Shown: positions 26,352-40,200 of the stretch, one piece after another
How the letters are laid out: each line of letters opens with the position of its first letter
Numbering within the stretch: position 1 is the first letter of the stretch
From: Trichoplax adhaerens
Lineage: Eukaryota > Animalia > Placozoa
DNA: 64,000 bases
Assembly (NCBI RefSeq): GCF_000150275.1
Contig: NW_002060948.1
Location: forward strand, 5,068,336 to 5,132,335
Direction of reading: 5' to 3'
Notes under the pieces: model-generated
Told to the model about the DNA's origin: nothing
What the model saw: the letters and a program-made list of their open reading frames with translations, nothing else
The model's database searches: none
Position numbers and translations under genes: made by a program

Positions 26352-29300
26352 ATGACGAATGCTCTAAGGCCTGGAGGTTTTCGAAGTGTACCTGAACATC
26401 ATGCGGCACTCTTAGGTACCATTCTCATCACCAATGGCATAATTTCTTTTACCGTTGGAGTCCTGGATCTGTCTTTGTATACTATCTATGCGTATAACTA
26501 CATTTATGTTGGTGCCCCAATTTGGAGTGGAATTATTGTAAGTTTTATTCTATTTAGGGCCACGAGCAGGATGGAAATTGTTTTCTTTATCTTATCGATC
26601 TGAAATTGCTAAATCTTATTACCAGTTCTCATAAGTGCCCAAGGAGAACAATTGCTCTGTTAATTGCTTCGATTACCTGATTAACGTGTTCTTCAGTAAT
26701 GGCGTAGGATACCAGTTAGTTGATAGAGAGACAAAAAAAAAACTAATTAGACCATTAGAACAAGTGGAGTACTGTTATGGATCATATTGAAATCCACACA
26801 CTTAGTTCGATGTTAGTATTTCTTCTCCTGGAATAGGATTCATGAGACTACTACTAGCAGTTCCATTTTCAGGGGCACTAGCTTAACTTACCTTAGCAAG
26901 AGTTTGTCCCATAGTTTATCCATTAATAACTTTATTACATGTTGATAAGAATACAAGTGCACTGTAAAGAGTTTATAAAAATCCACTTGAACAGCATTCA
27001 CGTTTTATTCTTTTCCCCTCCACTAACTTTATCTTATATCACGTAAAATGAATTTATAAATTAGCACGCAAATAACCGTAGTAAAACGATCAAGTTGAGT
27101 CTCTATCGACTTTGAACACTGGAAATACGATACTACTTGAGGATAGTTAATCTTTTTACACTCAGTCAGCGTTAGGGTTGGAATTAGCCAAAATGAATCT
27201 ATCGACTTTTACCACTGGAAATACAATACTACTTGAGGATAGTTAATCTTATTACACTCAGTCAGCGTTGGGGTTGAAATTAGCCAAGATAAATCTCTAC
27301 TGTCATGTATTTCGCTTGATATTGGTTTGTGAAAAGAATTCTGCAAACCATCACTCGTGAATGCATCTAAAAGCCTTCAACTATGGATGCATAAATAAGC
27401 GTAGAGGATCGATTTTTTTGCGACTGGAAATAATACTTGAGGATGGTAGATCTTGTTAGAATCTGTCACAGTTGGGGTTAGGATTTGCCTTGGTCAGTCT
27501 CTACTGTAGTGTATTTCGCTTGATATTGGCCTGTAAAATGAATTTCGCAAACCATCGCTCGTGCATAGATCTAAAAGTGTTAAGCTATGGACACGTAAAT
27601 AACCGTAGCGGATCGATCAAGTTGAGTCTCTTTCGATTTTTAGGACTCAAAATACTGCTTGACCACGGTCTATCTTGCTAGGATTAGACATGGCACATAC
27701 GGCTAGGGTGGAGACTATTAAAGAGAAAGAGAGGGACAGGAAACGCTCGTTCTCGATACGTGCTAATAATATGGAGACTGATTATTTTACTGGCTATTTC
27801 AACTGTATCATATATCTACAGTAGTATACTATACTGTTCGCCATTGATATCCAAATTAGCGGCTAGCATACTGCTAAGTACTTCTTCGTTGTCCCTTGGC
27901 TAGCCACGGCTCGAATAAGCCTTCGTCCATTTTCTGTTGTAATTCACTTGATATCTTCGATTATTCACTACATTATGTATAGTTATCTAGTAGATCCGAT
28001 AATAGGCTGATAATTAGAATCATAATTTCAATATTGATTCGTAAATGTCCCAATTTTACGCTACAATATTATTCTAACGCTAACGATGCTTCAAAATCAA
28101 TAGTACTTCATTGCTGGCATCCTTTCGGCCTGTAGCAGAAAAACAAAAGATATCCATCTTGTAAGTAACCAAATGATATTGGACTCTATCGAATCATTTC
28201 AACTCGTTGAATAGTAGTTGTCAATAGCCGGAGAGAATAGGTTAATCTAAAGTATGGCAAGCAATGATGGAATCTTTTATTTTAGGTTAATGCATCCTTT
28301 GCATTTTCGCTATTGACCACCATTTGCGCCTTGGTTTCCACCGTTTTATTAACCCTTGGTCGAGCCCAAGATATCCACTACAACAATTATCCTTTAGCCA
28401 TGGTTGGTATTGCAGTCTCTGTCCTCTCATTTATCTTTGGCTTATGCGGAGCTGTTGTTGCTAGTTATGGCATGGATTGTGATTGCTGTGATTCCTCACA
28501 AATTCCTAACGGTCAATATGTCTACTTTGATAATGAAGCCAGTCAATTTGGCCAGGTAGGTTGGATAGTTGATTTAGAATGCACCAACTCTCTTGGGTGT
28601 GCGCAAAATCACTTTTAAATCATTTTCTACTTTGATTAAATCTTAGTAAATCATCCATGACAGTGATTCTAAAACTCAGTTTTCTATTACAGATGTTACT
28701 CAGGGTTATTCCTATGGTCTAATAGACTTCATTTTGCCTCCTTTTACTTATTTTTTGTTGTAGTCTTCTAGCCATGCACAAAGAATGCAACCACCCCAAT
28801 CAATGCAATCACCGCAGCAGATACAGCAGACACGGCCGATGCAACCAATGCAATCACCGCAGCAGATACAGCAGACACGGCCGATGCAACCAATGCAACC
28901 AATGCAATCAATGCAACCAATGCAAACTGGATCAACTACGCAAACAGGTAAGTAGAAATTACTTTATAATTATAAAATTCTTTTAAGGCTTGCCAATTGA
29001 ATTCACCTGCTCTTTGATACTCGAAAATCACTTGCCCTTATTCCCAATCAGCTATTGGAAAATTAAAATATTATGTTACGTTATAATATTACAATCCAGA
29101 TATGCAATAACCAATGCATGATAACCTTTCTAGTTAGTTCTAGCCAGTTTACCATTCTCACAAGATGAAAGTAGAATTGAAATCGATAAAAGCAAATATT
29201 TCATTTTCAATCTACGCTAGCATTCTATCATGAGTAGTTTACAGTTGGACAGCGATGAAATGGCATATCAGAATATTTGATTTCAAAATCTGTAGTAGTA

Positions 29301-29950
29301 TTCTGTAATCAGCGAGTTAGAATTTTTACAATAGAAAAGGATAACTTAAGCTACGGTAACGAGAGGATATATCATGATAGCAGTAATTTAGAATTCTTAT
29401 AACACGAAAGTGCTATTTAAATTATACTAACAAGCGACGATTAAGTTTCAATCTATGTTGGCACCCTGTAATCCGTAGTTTAGAACCTTTATAACCGTAA
29501 AATGAACTGGAATTAACACGTTAGCATTAAAATTACAAATGCATTCTAGCACTCTCTCATCAGTAGTTAAGAAATATTACAAAGAGGAAAGTGCATTTAT
29601 CATCTAAATTAGCATGAGAGCACTTAATTTCCAAATTCATGATGGTGTTCTCTACTGTTAATAATAGTTTAGAATTCCTGCAACAATGAAGAATAGTTGA
29701 TACATTAACATAAGATGGCGTCAATGAAGAATATATCTTCATTGAGGCTTACATTAATCGATCATGTGGGCATTCAATTCCTTTAATTTCTATTAGAAGA
29801 TTAAGTCTACTGCAATAGTGTATTGACACTTATCTAAATGGATAACTTTATATCTCTGTAGGACTAGTACAACATCAAAATGAACCTGCTATGGCAGCTA
29901 ATTCACTACCTATCTCTCAGAATGATGACTCTCAACCTCAGATATCGTAA
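26352..29950 (+). CDS. MS4A/CD20-like four-TM protein, paralog B. Exons 26352-26537, 28104-28160, 28286-28555, 28764-28947 and probable last exon 29862-29950
   Basis: Same exon phases and 57-nt exon 2 as paralog A. Shared PEH, LDLSL, YNYIY, APIWSGI, SRKT..IHLVN..FAFSLL, YP.AMVGI and YGM.CDC motifs. The last exon is less certain. Confidence 0.72.
27070..27680. repeat. Complex diverged direct repeats in intron 1 of paralog B
   Basis: atcgactt...actggaaatac.atactacttgaggatagttaatctt..acactcagtcagcgtt.gggttg at about 27105, 27200 and 27410; gatcaagttgagtctct at about 27088 and 27615. Confidence 0.8.
28790..28926 (+). repeat. Coding minisatellite: two exact 45-bp copies (28801-28845, 28846-28890) plus 9-bp CAATGCAAY units, encoding MQ(P/S) repeats
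   Basis: Encodes MQPPQSMQSPQQIQQTRPMQPMQSPQQIQQTRPMQPMQPMQSMQPMQ. Confidence 0.9.
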
Positions 29951-31489
29951 AGAATTCATTCTTTTAAGTGTGAATGACTTCTAGTAGAATGTAGAAATAG
30001 AGCTATTGGACTACTGGAGTGATTAATTGATAATTTTATGTCGACGAATAACAGTTCTATAGTTGTAGATGAAATGAACGATGTTTCAAGGTTAGGTACT
30101 AGCTCTGTTTGGCCACATAGGATGCGGTTGGTAGTACTCTCACTAAGTTATCCATCATGGCATTATAAGAAAAGTTGAGTACAATTTTTAAGCTTTTTCA
30201 TGAATTATCCTAATCTACTGTATCCGTGTTTTTTTGGTCGAGTATTCGTTGTGATAAATAAAGTTTATGAAACCTAAGCTGGCTTTCTATCAATATAATA
30301 GGTTAAGCTGTGTGTTAAAATAATTTTAAAAGGCTTAGCTTGTAGAATTCCCTCTATGGGAACAAATTTTAATAACTCACTTGTATAGTGGGAGCTATAG
30401 CCATGGATCTACATCGATTAGATTTGATTCAACGTTAATCAAGTAGATGAGAAAGCATAACTACTTGTTGTATCGTCAGTAAATAACTAAAAGTTGCGAG
30501 TACTATTATTATTCTATCAACTGCTTGGAATAGTAGACTATACCTATACCGGAAATATGATTGCATTCGTGTGATTTCAGAACCAAAGATTATTATCATG
30601 CTGGTGTTTTATAAGCCGTTCACTAATAGAATTCAGCAACTCGAATTAGTTATAGACTATAAGATAAAGTTATCAGTAGTCTTGGGATAATATCTAGGGT
30701 ACTTTACGTGTAGTCCCAAGTTAAATCGCTTAAACGATTCCTTTTAATGTCGTATAATAGGTATTATATAACGAGGAGATCATTCTAGAAAACAGAGTGT
30801 CTAATGGCCGGTATAATATAGTGGAAATAAAAAAAGTTTATATGCCTCTATACCATATCAAATGAACAAAAATGAATCAACAATTCTGTTTACGTAGAGT
30901 AAGAAATAATTTTAAAGAGAGCCTTTCAATTACTTCTCTTCCTGTCAACCTGTAAGATTTTAAAATTGATATATTGAAGGTAAACGATAGAGAGGAATTG
31001 ATCAGTTCTGCTGATTATCTTAAAATGCTTGAATAGTAGATCCACAGTTACGATAATAATATACCGATTTTAAATAGATGCAGGAATTTCAGTAATTACA
31101 ATTGTCTATGTTAAGAATAATATAAGCAAGTAACGAAAAAATGTTGTCATTGTCTTCTAATTGAACTATACCATAGTAACTAACAATTCATGGCTTTATT
31201 TATATTTCATTTAATGAATATTAATGCTGAATAATTTGGTATGGAGGTAGGTTGCTTTAACACACTATCAACCACCATTCCAATATAATGGAGTGTAAAT
31301 AATGTACAAAAATATGTAACATAAGCGTGAATAGATTGAATTTTAATTATTATTTTGTTATTACAAGATAAATTAGAACTAATTAGGGTTCTAGAATTAC
31401 TCATAGTCATTTTTTAGCTGAGTTAAATCATTGAAAAAAATATTGAAGCATGATTACTGCTATTTTCAGAAAATACCAGGGGATAACGA

Positions 31490-31940
31490 TGAGGGCTATT
31501 TAACAACCTAGTATAAGATCGATAATCCTATTCTTATAAAATTCAAGTAATATTTACAATCATACATGAGACCCTATTAACGGGCAATAATTAATATAGT
31601 TCAAGGGAATTCCGGATGATGCATGATTGTTAACATGATAACTGCGTTTAACAATCTAGTATTGGCTAGGTAAGTTATTCCTACGAATTGATAGTTAGAG
31701 ACACATTTACTGAAGCCATAATATTATAATTAGTCTACTTTATTTAACCGACTAATGTTGCTACGATAAAGCTATTCCTGCGAACTTTCAATCAAAGATG
31801 AGACCCGTTTAATGGAGTAACAATCATTTTAATGATATTATCGGCAACAATGCAAGATTGCTCACGCTATGATTGATCAATTTACCCTTCGTATTTAGCA
31901 ATCTGGTATTGACTCGATAAAGTCATTACCATGAAATCAG
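31490..31940. repeat. Highly decayed direct repeats
   Basis: tttaacaa(c/t)ctagtat, tattcct(a/g)cgaa and atgagaccc motifs each recur 2-4 times. Confidence 0.4.
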
Positions 31941-33158
31941 GGCAGTATTGATGGTCAAAAATTTGGTTTATTTAACGAATCAATAATTAATTACTGAAAT
32001 AATAAACAATTGCTAAATTATAGTTGAACACTGTTTGATGTATTGCATGGGTCGTTATATGACAATTAAACGTAGATTTTGACGAGTAATTAAGCCAATG
32101 ATACTTTTACAGTTGTAGTTAAGCTGGAAGTAGTACGTATGGCCTTCGATAGTAAAATTAATTCTAAAGCAAAATTAAATTGACTCCTCCTCCATTTGCT
32201 GCTATGCTATAAAGTTTCCTTCCAAGGAATGAAACTAAAACTTGGTATAATCATTAGAGAATTCTGGTGTCTTCTAATGTTTATTTTTTGTGGTCCATTA
32301 ATTCTACTTATACTTGGATGATTAATGGAAAGAATTACCTCAACATGAATATAATTATTAACACTTGCTATTATTATAATCCATTCATCCTAGATATAGA
32401 TTAGTGCTACGAATTAATTTATTTAAAACATTTATTACGATTTTTTTACCACTGATCAGAATGTTGTAATATGTGATGTTATACGGCAAAATAGTCGATT
32501 AATTGCTAAGTCTCTGTAAAAAAATTATCTACGCAAATCTTAAAAAGTACTCATTGCTTAATTATTATTGTCTTTCAGAGATGAATCAAGATATATCAAT
32601 ATTGCACGCTTATGTATAATAACCAATTTCGGACATAACGTTAATACAAATATCTCCAAGCACGACATACTGTATATCTAAAAACTAAAAGATATTGAAC
32701 GGCAATCCAGTGGTAAATTGCCTCACAGTCGTATTGCAATAAATTTTAACTTTGTATAATAATGACTAATTTTAGTCTAGGATTATATATTAAAAAGACC
32801 GCACTAATGCGATTATCGTATTAGCATTACTTTCTTGGCTTGTAGTATATCATGATAGACGAAATGTAAGATCAATTTATTAAATGCGAAAAATTTTCCT
32901 AGTACTCGTATTTTATAGATAGGTAAATGACGTAGCAATAGGGAATACAGATATTTCAATAGAAATAGACGTCTAAACAAAGAGATCTTTTACAACTAAT
33001 GAGTTAAACATGTGTATATGTTAAAAGCTGACGTATAAAAAATATGATGAAATCTTACGCCTGACTATGGAATACGCGTAAAATTTTTGATATCCAAATC
33101 AGCAACGCTAGTATAGCATTTAATAGTTCGTCTACACCGTTAATGCAAAGTGAAACCA

Positions 33159-35405
33159 TTAATTTTCGTTTTCGCCTGGCTTACGACCTAATAGTATGAA
33201 AATAGGGAAGGTATACTCGATAGTGTCATTTCCTGAGGCTCGCTGCAAAGCTTCCAACATTCTGTAGTGGTTAGATCAAATAAATATGATTGATACATCA
33301 GTATCATTTTGTCAAAGAAGGTTAAAAATGATATTTTATTAATTGCCATAAAATGCTATAACCTAGCTTTGACATCAAGCAAGGGATCATCAGAGTTCTT
33401 TTGTAGGTAAGCACGATACGCTGACCAAGAGCTTAAATAACCAATATAGCTATCTAAGCTCATACTGCCTTCTATAGTTATGGTGTCAATTCTATTGTCA
33501 TAGTGGCGAAGAAAAATTAGAAACTATAGTATCCAACTTTATAGGAGATGACTCCTTCTTTTCAAGTTGGTCATTTCGAAATTTTTATAAAAACTTTCAT
33601 ATTGAAGGGTGATTAAAATTTTTCAGTATTTATATCTAAACGGATACTCTATAGGGAGCTTATTAAATGGTGTAGTCCATTGCACATTTGAAATTGAAGG
33701 ACTTTACAAAATAGTGATAGAAAGTTATCATCTGTATATGCGTCTATCATCCATTTTACTATGAACTTGATATATTTCTGAAGATGTATCAATAAGAAAG
33801 AACGTTAACTTACCTCATCTGGTCAGTGTACGGTAGCGTGATATGGCGATACAAGTTATCAATATACCATCTTCTATCCGACCAGTAACCTTTCAGTGTA
33901 CCTTGATAGAACTTGGAGTCAATTAAAAATTGATATAAATTGAATCGTTATGATATTTTCGTCAGCGCAGCATTCCATCTACTATAAATATATCAAAAAT
34001 TGTCGTCTATTTCTATTCATTTTTATAGAAATAATGCACCCTGACAGCTTAGTCCTATAGCCTTGATGATGAAGTTGCAGTCATTAAGTATTAGTTTTAT
34101 ACAGTAGTTGAAGTCTTGTTCAGCAAGTAGGCAATGCATTATACTATCACAGAATAAAAATAACGTAATTTGAGCTACATCGGCAGACAAATTATTTTAT
34201 TGAAGTCTAAATGCTTGAACAGGTTGACTCCATTATGGTATTTTAGGCTAACGCGTAGTAAAATTAAACATGGCCTCTATCATGGATATTGCATCTTTCC
34301 ATTGACTTTATGACAACTGTACCTAGCTGTCGTAGGATAATTACTACTGTAAGTTGTGCTGTGCAACAGGCTACGGTACTCGTGGGTAGATTCTGAGCTT
34401 TCCACAGGCTACTAAGACTATGAATGAATGGAGAGCACATACAGTACAGTATTGCACTCATCGAAGACTTTGACATTGGTATCAGTCCAGCAGTTGGATG
34501 GGAATTGCTATTGGAAGTCCATTTCTACCTGAAAAATAATCAACCTAATTTCTCATCTCTCTGATTGTGTAACTGTATTAATCTGTCGTATATTTTATGT
34601 TATTGAAAACCTCTCTATGTCTACAGCGGTAGGTAATGTTAAGCAATGGCAGTTGGATTAGCCTCTTTGCTCGTTGACATCGTGATTGATAGCATGATAG
34701 GAAAATGTATTCCCTCAATGATACTCATATTGATCGATAATCGTATTCTACTGCATGAGTACTTTTATTTGGACAAGGTTATTGATGGGTTGAAGCTAAT
34801 TTGGTACTTTTTTAACGAGATGGAGTGAGAAAGCAATAACTGTGTATATTTAGGCATCTCGTGATCAGCCAGCATAGTCCGTTGGCAATGGATTGTCATC
34901 AACTTACATCATGGCAAATTTTGGTCACTTCATGGTTGTTTGTAATGATGGAGTTGCCATAACCATATAAAGCTAAGCAACCCGTACCAGGCTTGAGTAC
35001 ACGATCTGCCTCAGCGAAAAATTTCTTCTCATCGAGCCAATGGAATGATTGTGCACATGTCAGTAAATCAACACTGTTGGAATGACAAGGTAACTGTTCG
35101 CCGGAACCGACTTGCAATGTGACATTCGCATTTTCTTTTTTTTCATTGCCTTGTTGGATTTGACCTTGGCTAGGATCAAGACCGATTACTTGAGTAAAAT
35201 AGCGAGCTAATGGTTTGGTACTTTGGCCTGAGCCGCAGCCGACATCGACAGCTAAGTCATATTTTACTCGATCGTCTTTCCCTGTTAAAAATTGCAAGAT
35301 TTGCTCATAGACTTCTGCAGGATAGGTCGGCCTATACCTGGCATAAGCTTTAGCATGATCTACTCCAGAAAATAATTTAGTATAGCGCGACATGATATCA
35401 TTCAT
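33159..35405 (-). CDS. Class I SAM-dependent methyltransferase (Methyltransf_11-type, yeast Crg1/Tmt1-like). Exons 35405-34908, 33911-33814, 33491-33363, 33261-33159
   Basis: YARYRPTYP, motif I AVDVGCGSGQ, VDLLTCAQSFHWLD, RVLKPGTG, GYLSSWSAY and FPIFILLGRKP; phases are consistent. Confidence 0.9.
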
Positions 35406-35630
35406 TTAGTCATCATGGAGAAGCACTCTTGAGATAGCGTTACCACTCATCCACTTCTTGTCAAGAACAAATAGATAAAATGCGGAATCCAACTCGTTTA
35501 TTGGCTAAGTCGAGGTAATCCTTATGTCCAGCTTTGCTTGCAGGCAGCTTTGCATCACCAAAGAGAGCTGAGCTCAGAAGGATTTGTTGACAATCTCGAG
35601 TAGCGCTGGCTGGGCATTTATACCTTTCGA

Positions 35631-35700
35631 CACGGTACGGTACGATACGATGCGGTACGGTACGATACGATGCGGTACGATACGATGCGGTACAGTACGC
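35631..35700. repeat. Pentamer microsatellite (TACGG/TACGA/TGCGG) upstream of the methyltransferase gene
   Basis: cacggtacggtacgatacgatgcggtacggtacgatacgatgcggtacgatacgatgcggtacagtacgc. Confidence 0.9.
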
Positions 35701-37217
35701 TAGAGACCCTTCGAGACCCCTTTTAGAGTCTCTAGTGTCCAGTACAGTACTAGTACTGTACGTCGTGATTCATTTCCTACTGTACTCGATTCCGAAAAAT
35801 GGAATAAAATACTTCAATATATCAATTCATTTTATGTAGAATTGGATATCAATCGATAGAACAAGATTGTGTGGATTTTGTGGTAAAAATGACGCATTGA
35901 ATAGTCCATTCTGCACCGATTGATCTCCTCTGCTGTACTGTACTGTCGATGGCAATTGTTCGGAGTGTCTGGTGTACAGTGTACAGTACCATGCTTACAG
36001 TATACTGTACTGTAGATGATGGGATGATTTCAAATTGCATCATGTGCAAGCTCGATTTCGCTGGTCATGTTAGCGTACTCTATTACTGTTACCGTATACT
36101 ACACTACCGAAAACCAACTGGCTGACCTTGATTTCAGCCTCGGACAACGGACAAGAAGAAGGATTTTCCTCTTGCAAGGCGTTGAATAAGAAAGTGGTGG
36201 CCATCATCAATCATCTACTCCACTTGAGAAGGAGTAGTTTATCCATCATAGATGTACTCTCCAATGGACATGCATTGTATAAGTGTCTAGACTCTCTTCT
36301 ATCGACAAATCGCAAGCTGTATCAAGGGCTAGTCAATAGAGAGAGAGAGAGAGGCACTACCGATGACCAACGCCATGGCCAAACAAGATTGCAGGCCGGT
36401 GATTTGGACCTGGTCAACGGATCATTTTGAATCATCATCACAAGAAGAAATGGTAGAACTTCTACTGTAGAAGCATACTATGTCCTGCAGGCAACAATAT
36501 TGACTTGCCTGCCAACAACTGATGAAAATAAGCATCCTATTATAGTGTGTTAGTACAGATTACACTAATATAGAAATGAATGATGCAGTAGTATTCTACT
36601 GCATTAGGCTGAAAGTCACAGCCGCAGTCCGGCTGTATACTGCCCACTGTCCTGTAATAAAGGGTAACCCCCCCGGATGGTCCAACGGACCCCGTGTCGC
36701 CTGGTAGTGGGTTTCCACACGGTGGACACTACTCCAGTTGAGACTAGTCTACCACACCTCTTGACCTAGACAGTACCCTACTCGCTTACCTTGCCCCTCC
36801 ATCCATCCCCTGGTTGATTCTGACACTACCCAGGGTGTTGCTACGCGGGTCCCAACTGGTCGCTTGCCAATGTTGACGCTTGCATACTACCGCAGCCATC
36901 TAGCTTAGCTGGGGATACAATTCCTTCCTCAACTTGTCCAAGCTCTCCATCAAGGCCTAAGAACTAATTGAAACGAGTCTTAATTTGCCTTTTTTCATGT
37001 CTTATTGATTGCTATTGGTGTGATCGATTTCCTGCTCATATCCAATCATCAATAGGACAAGTCTTGATTGGCCAGTTTGCAGCTTTTTCACCGCGCTCCA
37101 TCATCGCCCTTGTCTAGCTAAAAGTTGAAAGCTGGCCAATAACCCTTTTGCGCCTTCCATCAGCTCAATCGATCTTCATCATCGCTATTGATCGAGCTAA
37201 TTCAACCAGTTTATCCG

Positions 37218-40200
37218 ATGAGAATGAAATCGATTGGAAGAATGATAGTGGCAGCACTTTATCGACTATGGTGTTTTATACTCTGTATATGCAGTAAAAT
37301 TTTTAAGACGGTAAGTTCGATTTGTTCCATCTTTTGGCTACACTCTTTTTTTCCCCTCCATTCTTGCTTGTACACATAAGGTGATTGCGGGGAAGGGATC
37401 ACGATGGGTAGTTTTCATCATGGCTTCAGGAAAGGAGTGGATGCCTTTTTTTGTTGTTGTGCCACTTATTGCCATCCTTTTTTCTCATCATCATAGTCGT
37501 CATATTGCTTGATTCAACTATTTTCAACTCCTTTCCAGTGCAGTCATCGCTGTTGACTTTAGCCCATCATGTCCATGACTGATAAGACAAGCTTATCATC
37601 ATACCATGGCCAAGAGTAAAAAAAAATCAGTTTCATTTGAAAATAGTCTCTTGATGGACAGTGGATAGGATAATTTCATTTTTAAGTTCTATTCCTACAA
37701 GAGTAGACAAGGGAGTCAACGCAGTGATGATGAAGAGGGGGCCACCCATACAGATTGTAAAATTGGCCAAGTCTTCCCAACCATGGATTCATCATCGAAG
37801 CGCCTTTTCAACACGATGATTTTTCTCCTTGTTGGATCATCTTCCATAGCATAGTCGCAGAAATGGATCCATGACCAATGGTTAAACTATTGCAAATGTT
37901 GCTTGCCATCGATAAACACAAGATTCAGATATCAATTCAACCTGACTCCCTCGTAGAAGGATGTTTCAAGTGAAAAATGCGTGGAAAACAAATCTTACTT
38001 GCGCTGCTACTTTACCCCATGGATGAATGAAACAGCACTCATCCTTCATAACTAGTCTTCAATCTCTCTTTAGTCAGCGTTTTCATCTTCAACACTGTAA
38101 ACAAACATAAAAAAATTGTCTGTTTATCATTCTCCATTTCCACTTCCTTCCCCCCTCTTAAAGCATCGGCTAACCTAATGGAAAGACCAGTCTCTATTTC
38201 ATTCGTCCGTTGAACTTTTATCTTGATGGCAATAACATGTGCCATGATTGGATGATTGAAATTAGGCGATCGCTAGTGGATCATTGCCACATTCAATCGA
38301 TCAAACATGGATGATGATCATAATTTCAAGTCTTTATTCCATCATCACATCGGATACAAGTGTATGAAAATCTCCCAGTCATGGAGTGATGATGATAGGC
38401 AATCATGAACGGATACTACCTCGTAAATTGCCCCAATAACAATGTCAATTCATTACTTAACCCTTACATTGAAAATTTGATTGATGTTGTACTACCGTTT
38501 AAATCAACATTTACAGCGATTAAGATCTTTAATCAATTCATTGGTCTATTCCATTAGTTGATCATTATTTCCCCCCCCCCCCTAACTATAGACATGGCAA
38601 GAGCATAGCGAGTGATTGACTATGTTACTTTCAATTTTTCTCTTTTTCCTTTCTATTTTAAGCCCAAAGTGTTCTATTTAATGAAAGGGGGAGGAAATAG
38701 ATTTTCTTCCATTTTCTTACCGCCATTGCTTCATCAAACCTAAATCAACCATTTTATTTTTGATAACCTCATCATACCCATGGAAATGAATGATATTCTA
38801 TCTCATCCATCATCATTTCTCATCTTCACCTTCAATCTCTAGTTGGAATATTATAGTCCAAACTGTTTTTCAACAATCGATGCTTCCTATCCACTGCAAT
38901 CGAAGCCATTCCATCATCATCATCCTACTTTACTATTTGATCATCCGTTGATGGCGGCTGCAGTAGTTTCTCATTCATGAATCTCGCACACAATATGTTT
39001 ATATACGTACCAATATCCAGTTGAGACTCGTCCATGTTAGGACATGTCTCTACATAGAAGCGTAGATGGCAAGTCCAGTACTTTCCAATGGCTTCGCATA
39101 GTAGGTGCTATTCAATTTTGACATATGTTGTTATTATCATCAACTCTCTTCGACACTGTATTCCAATATCGCCTTGTATTTTTCAACTCCTTTGACCTTG
39201 CTTTCATAACGATACTGGCAATGATGATTGCCTAGGATTGATCGTGATCGTTCCAAATGCAATCATCAATGTTATAGTATAGTAGTACTTTAAAGGCATA
39301 AACAAGAGCGTCTAATCATGGAAGACTATCAGTACAACGAGTCCCTTTTCTACAGATCTGCTGTTCTTGCGGGATTATTTTCGTCAACAAATGATATTTT
39401 ACAAATGGGAACTAGAAACTGCAGTCAATGGAAAGTGTTTGAAGTGGCATAGACTACGCGTCGATAAGCTTTCTACTAGACAAGATGGCAAATTCAATCT
39501 ATCTCTTCCCTTTTTCATCATCATGCCGTAATATCTCGTACCGTGATGAATTGCCAACATCAGGGAATGACGATTTCTACATGTTTATTTCTTGATATCC
39601 ACAATGAAAAAGCATACAATATCGCTGTTGTTAATATGGAAATGAGGTAGTATATTCTTCGCCACGTTGATTTTTGGCGCGACGACATAATCATTTTGCA
39701 AGTAGAATGTAAATTACGGATTAATGATCTTGATGAACGTATTGGATCCGATTCTGTTGGCTTGAAATCATAAATTTTCTCTTATCCTAAACTATTACTC
39801 TAGGGTTTTTTCCATTATGCTTGCTCTTGCTACTCTTTAGTTTAATCATAGTGAATATACGTACGAGTATCATCTTGTTGGTGCTTCCAAGAAATAGAAT
39901 CCTTCCCTTTGCATCGATTCAATGACCATAAACATGTCATGGTCGATGATAGTACTATTATTAATTTGCTGATAGCCACATTATTCAAGGAGGAATACTT
40001 GTATAATAATTACCAAAAAAGCGAAAATTTCCTTCTTCCTATTCTGCCAACCTATATGGCATCAATTCTATATTCAGATCTTGTTCTACCAGCTCGAACG
40101 GGTAGAGTCTGTACGGAATAGATAGTTTATTTTAAACATGATCCGATGACAACACAGGCAGCTGTTATTAACAGCAGCAACAGGAATACTTGATAGAACA

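Noticed and set aside
28774-28986. CNQCNQ Cys-rich ORF resembling a metal-binding peptide
   Set aside because: Wrong frame; splice phase and paralog structure favour the MQP frame
29960-33100. Hidden gene in the AT-rich interval, and likewise in 18.6-22.0 kb
   Set aside because: No chain of phase-compatible exons with a recognisable peptide was found by eye; cannot be fully excluded
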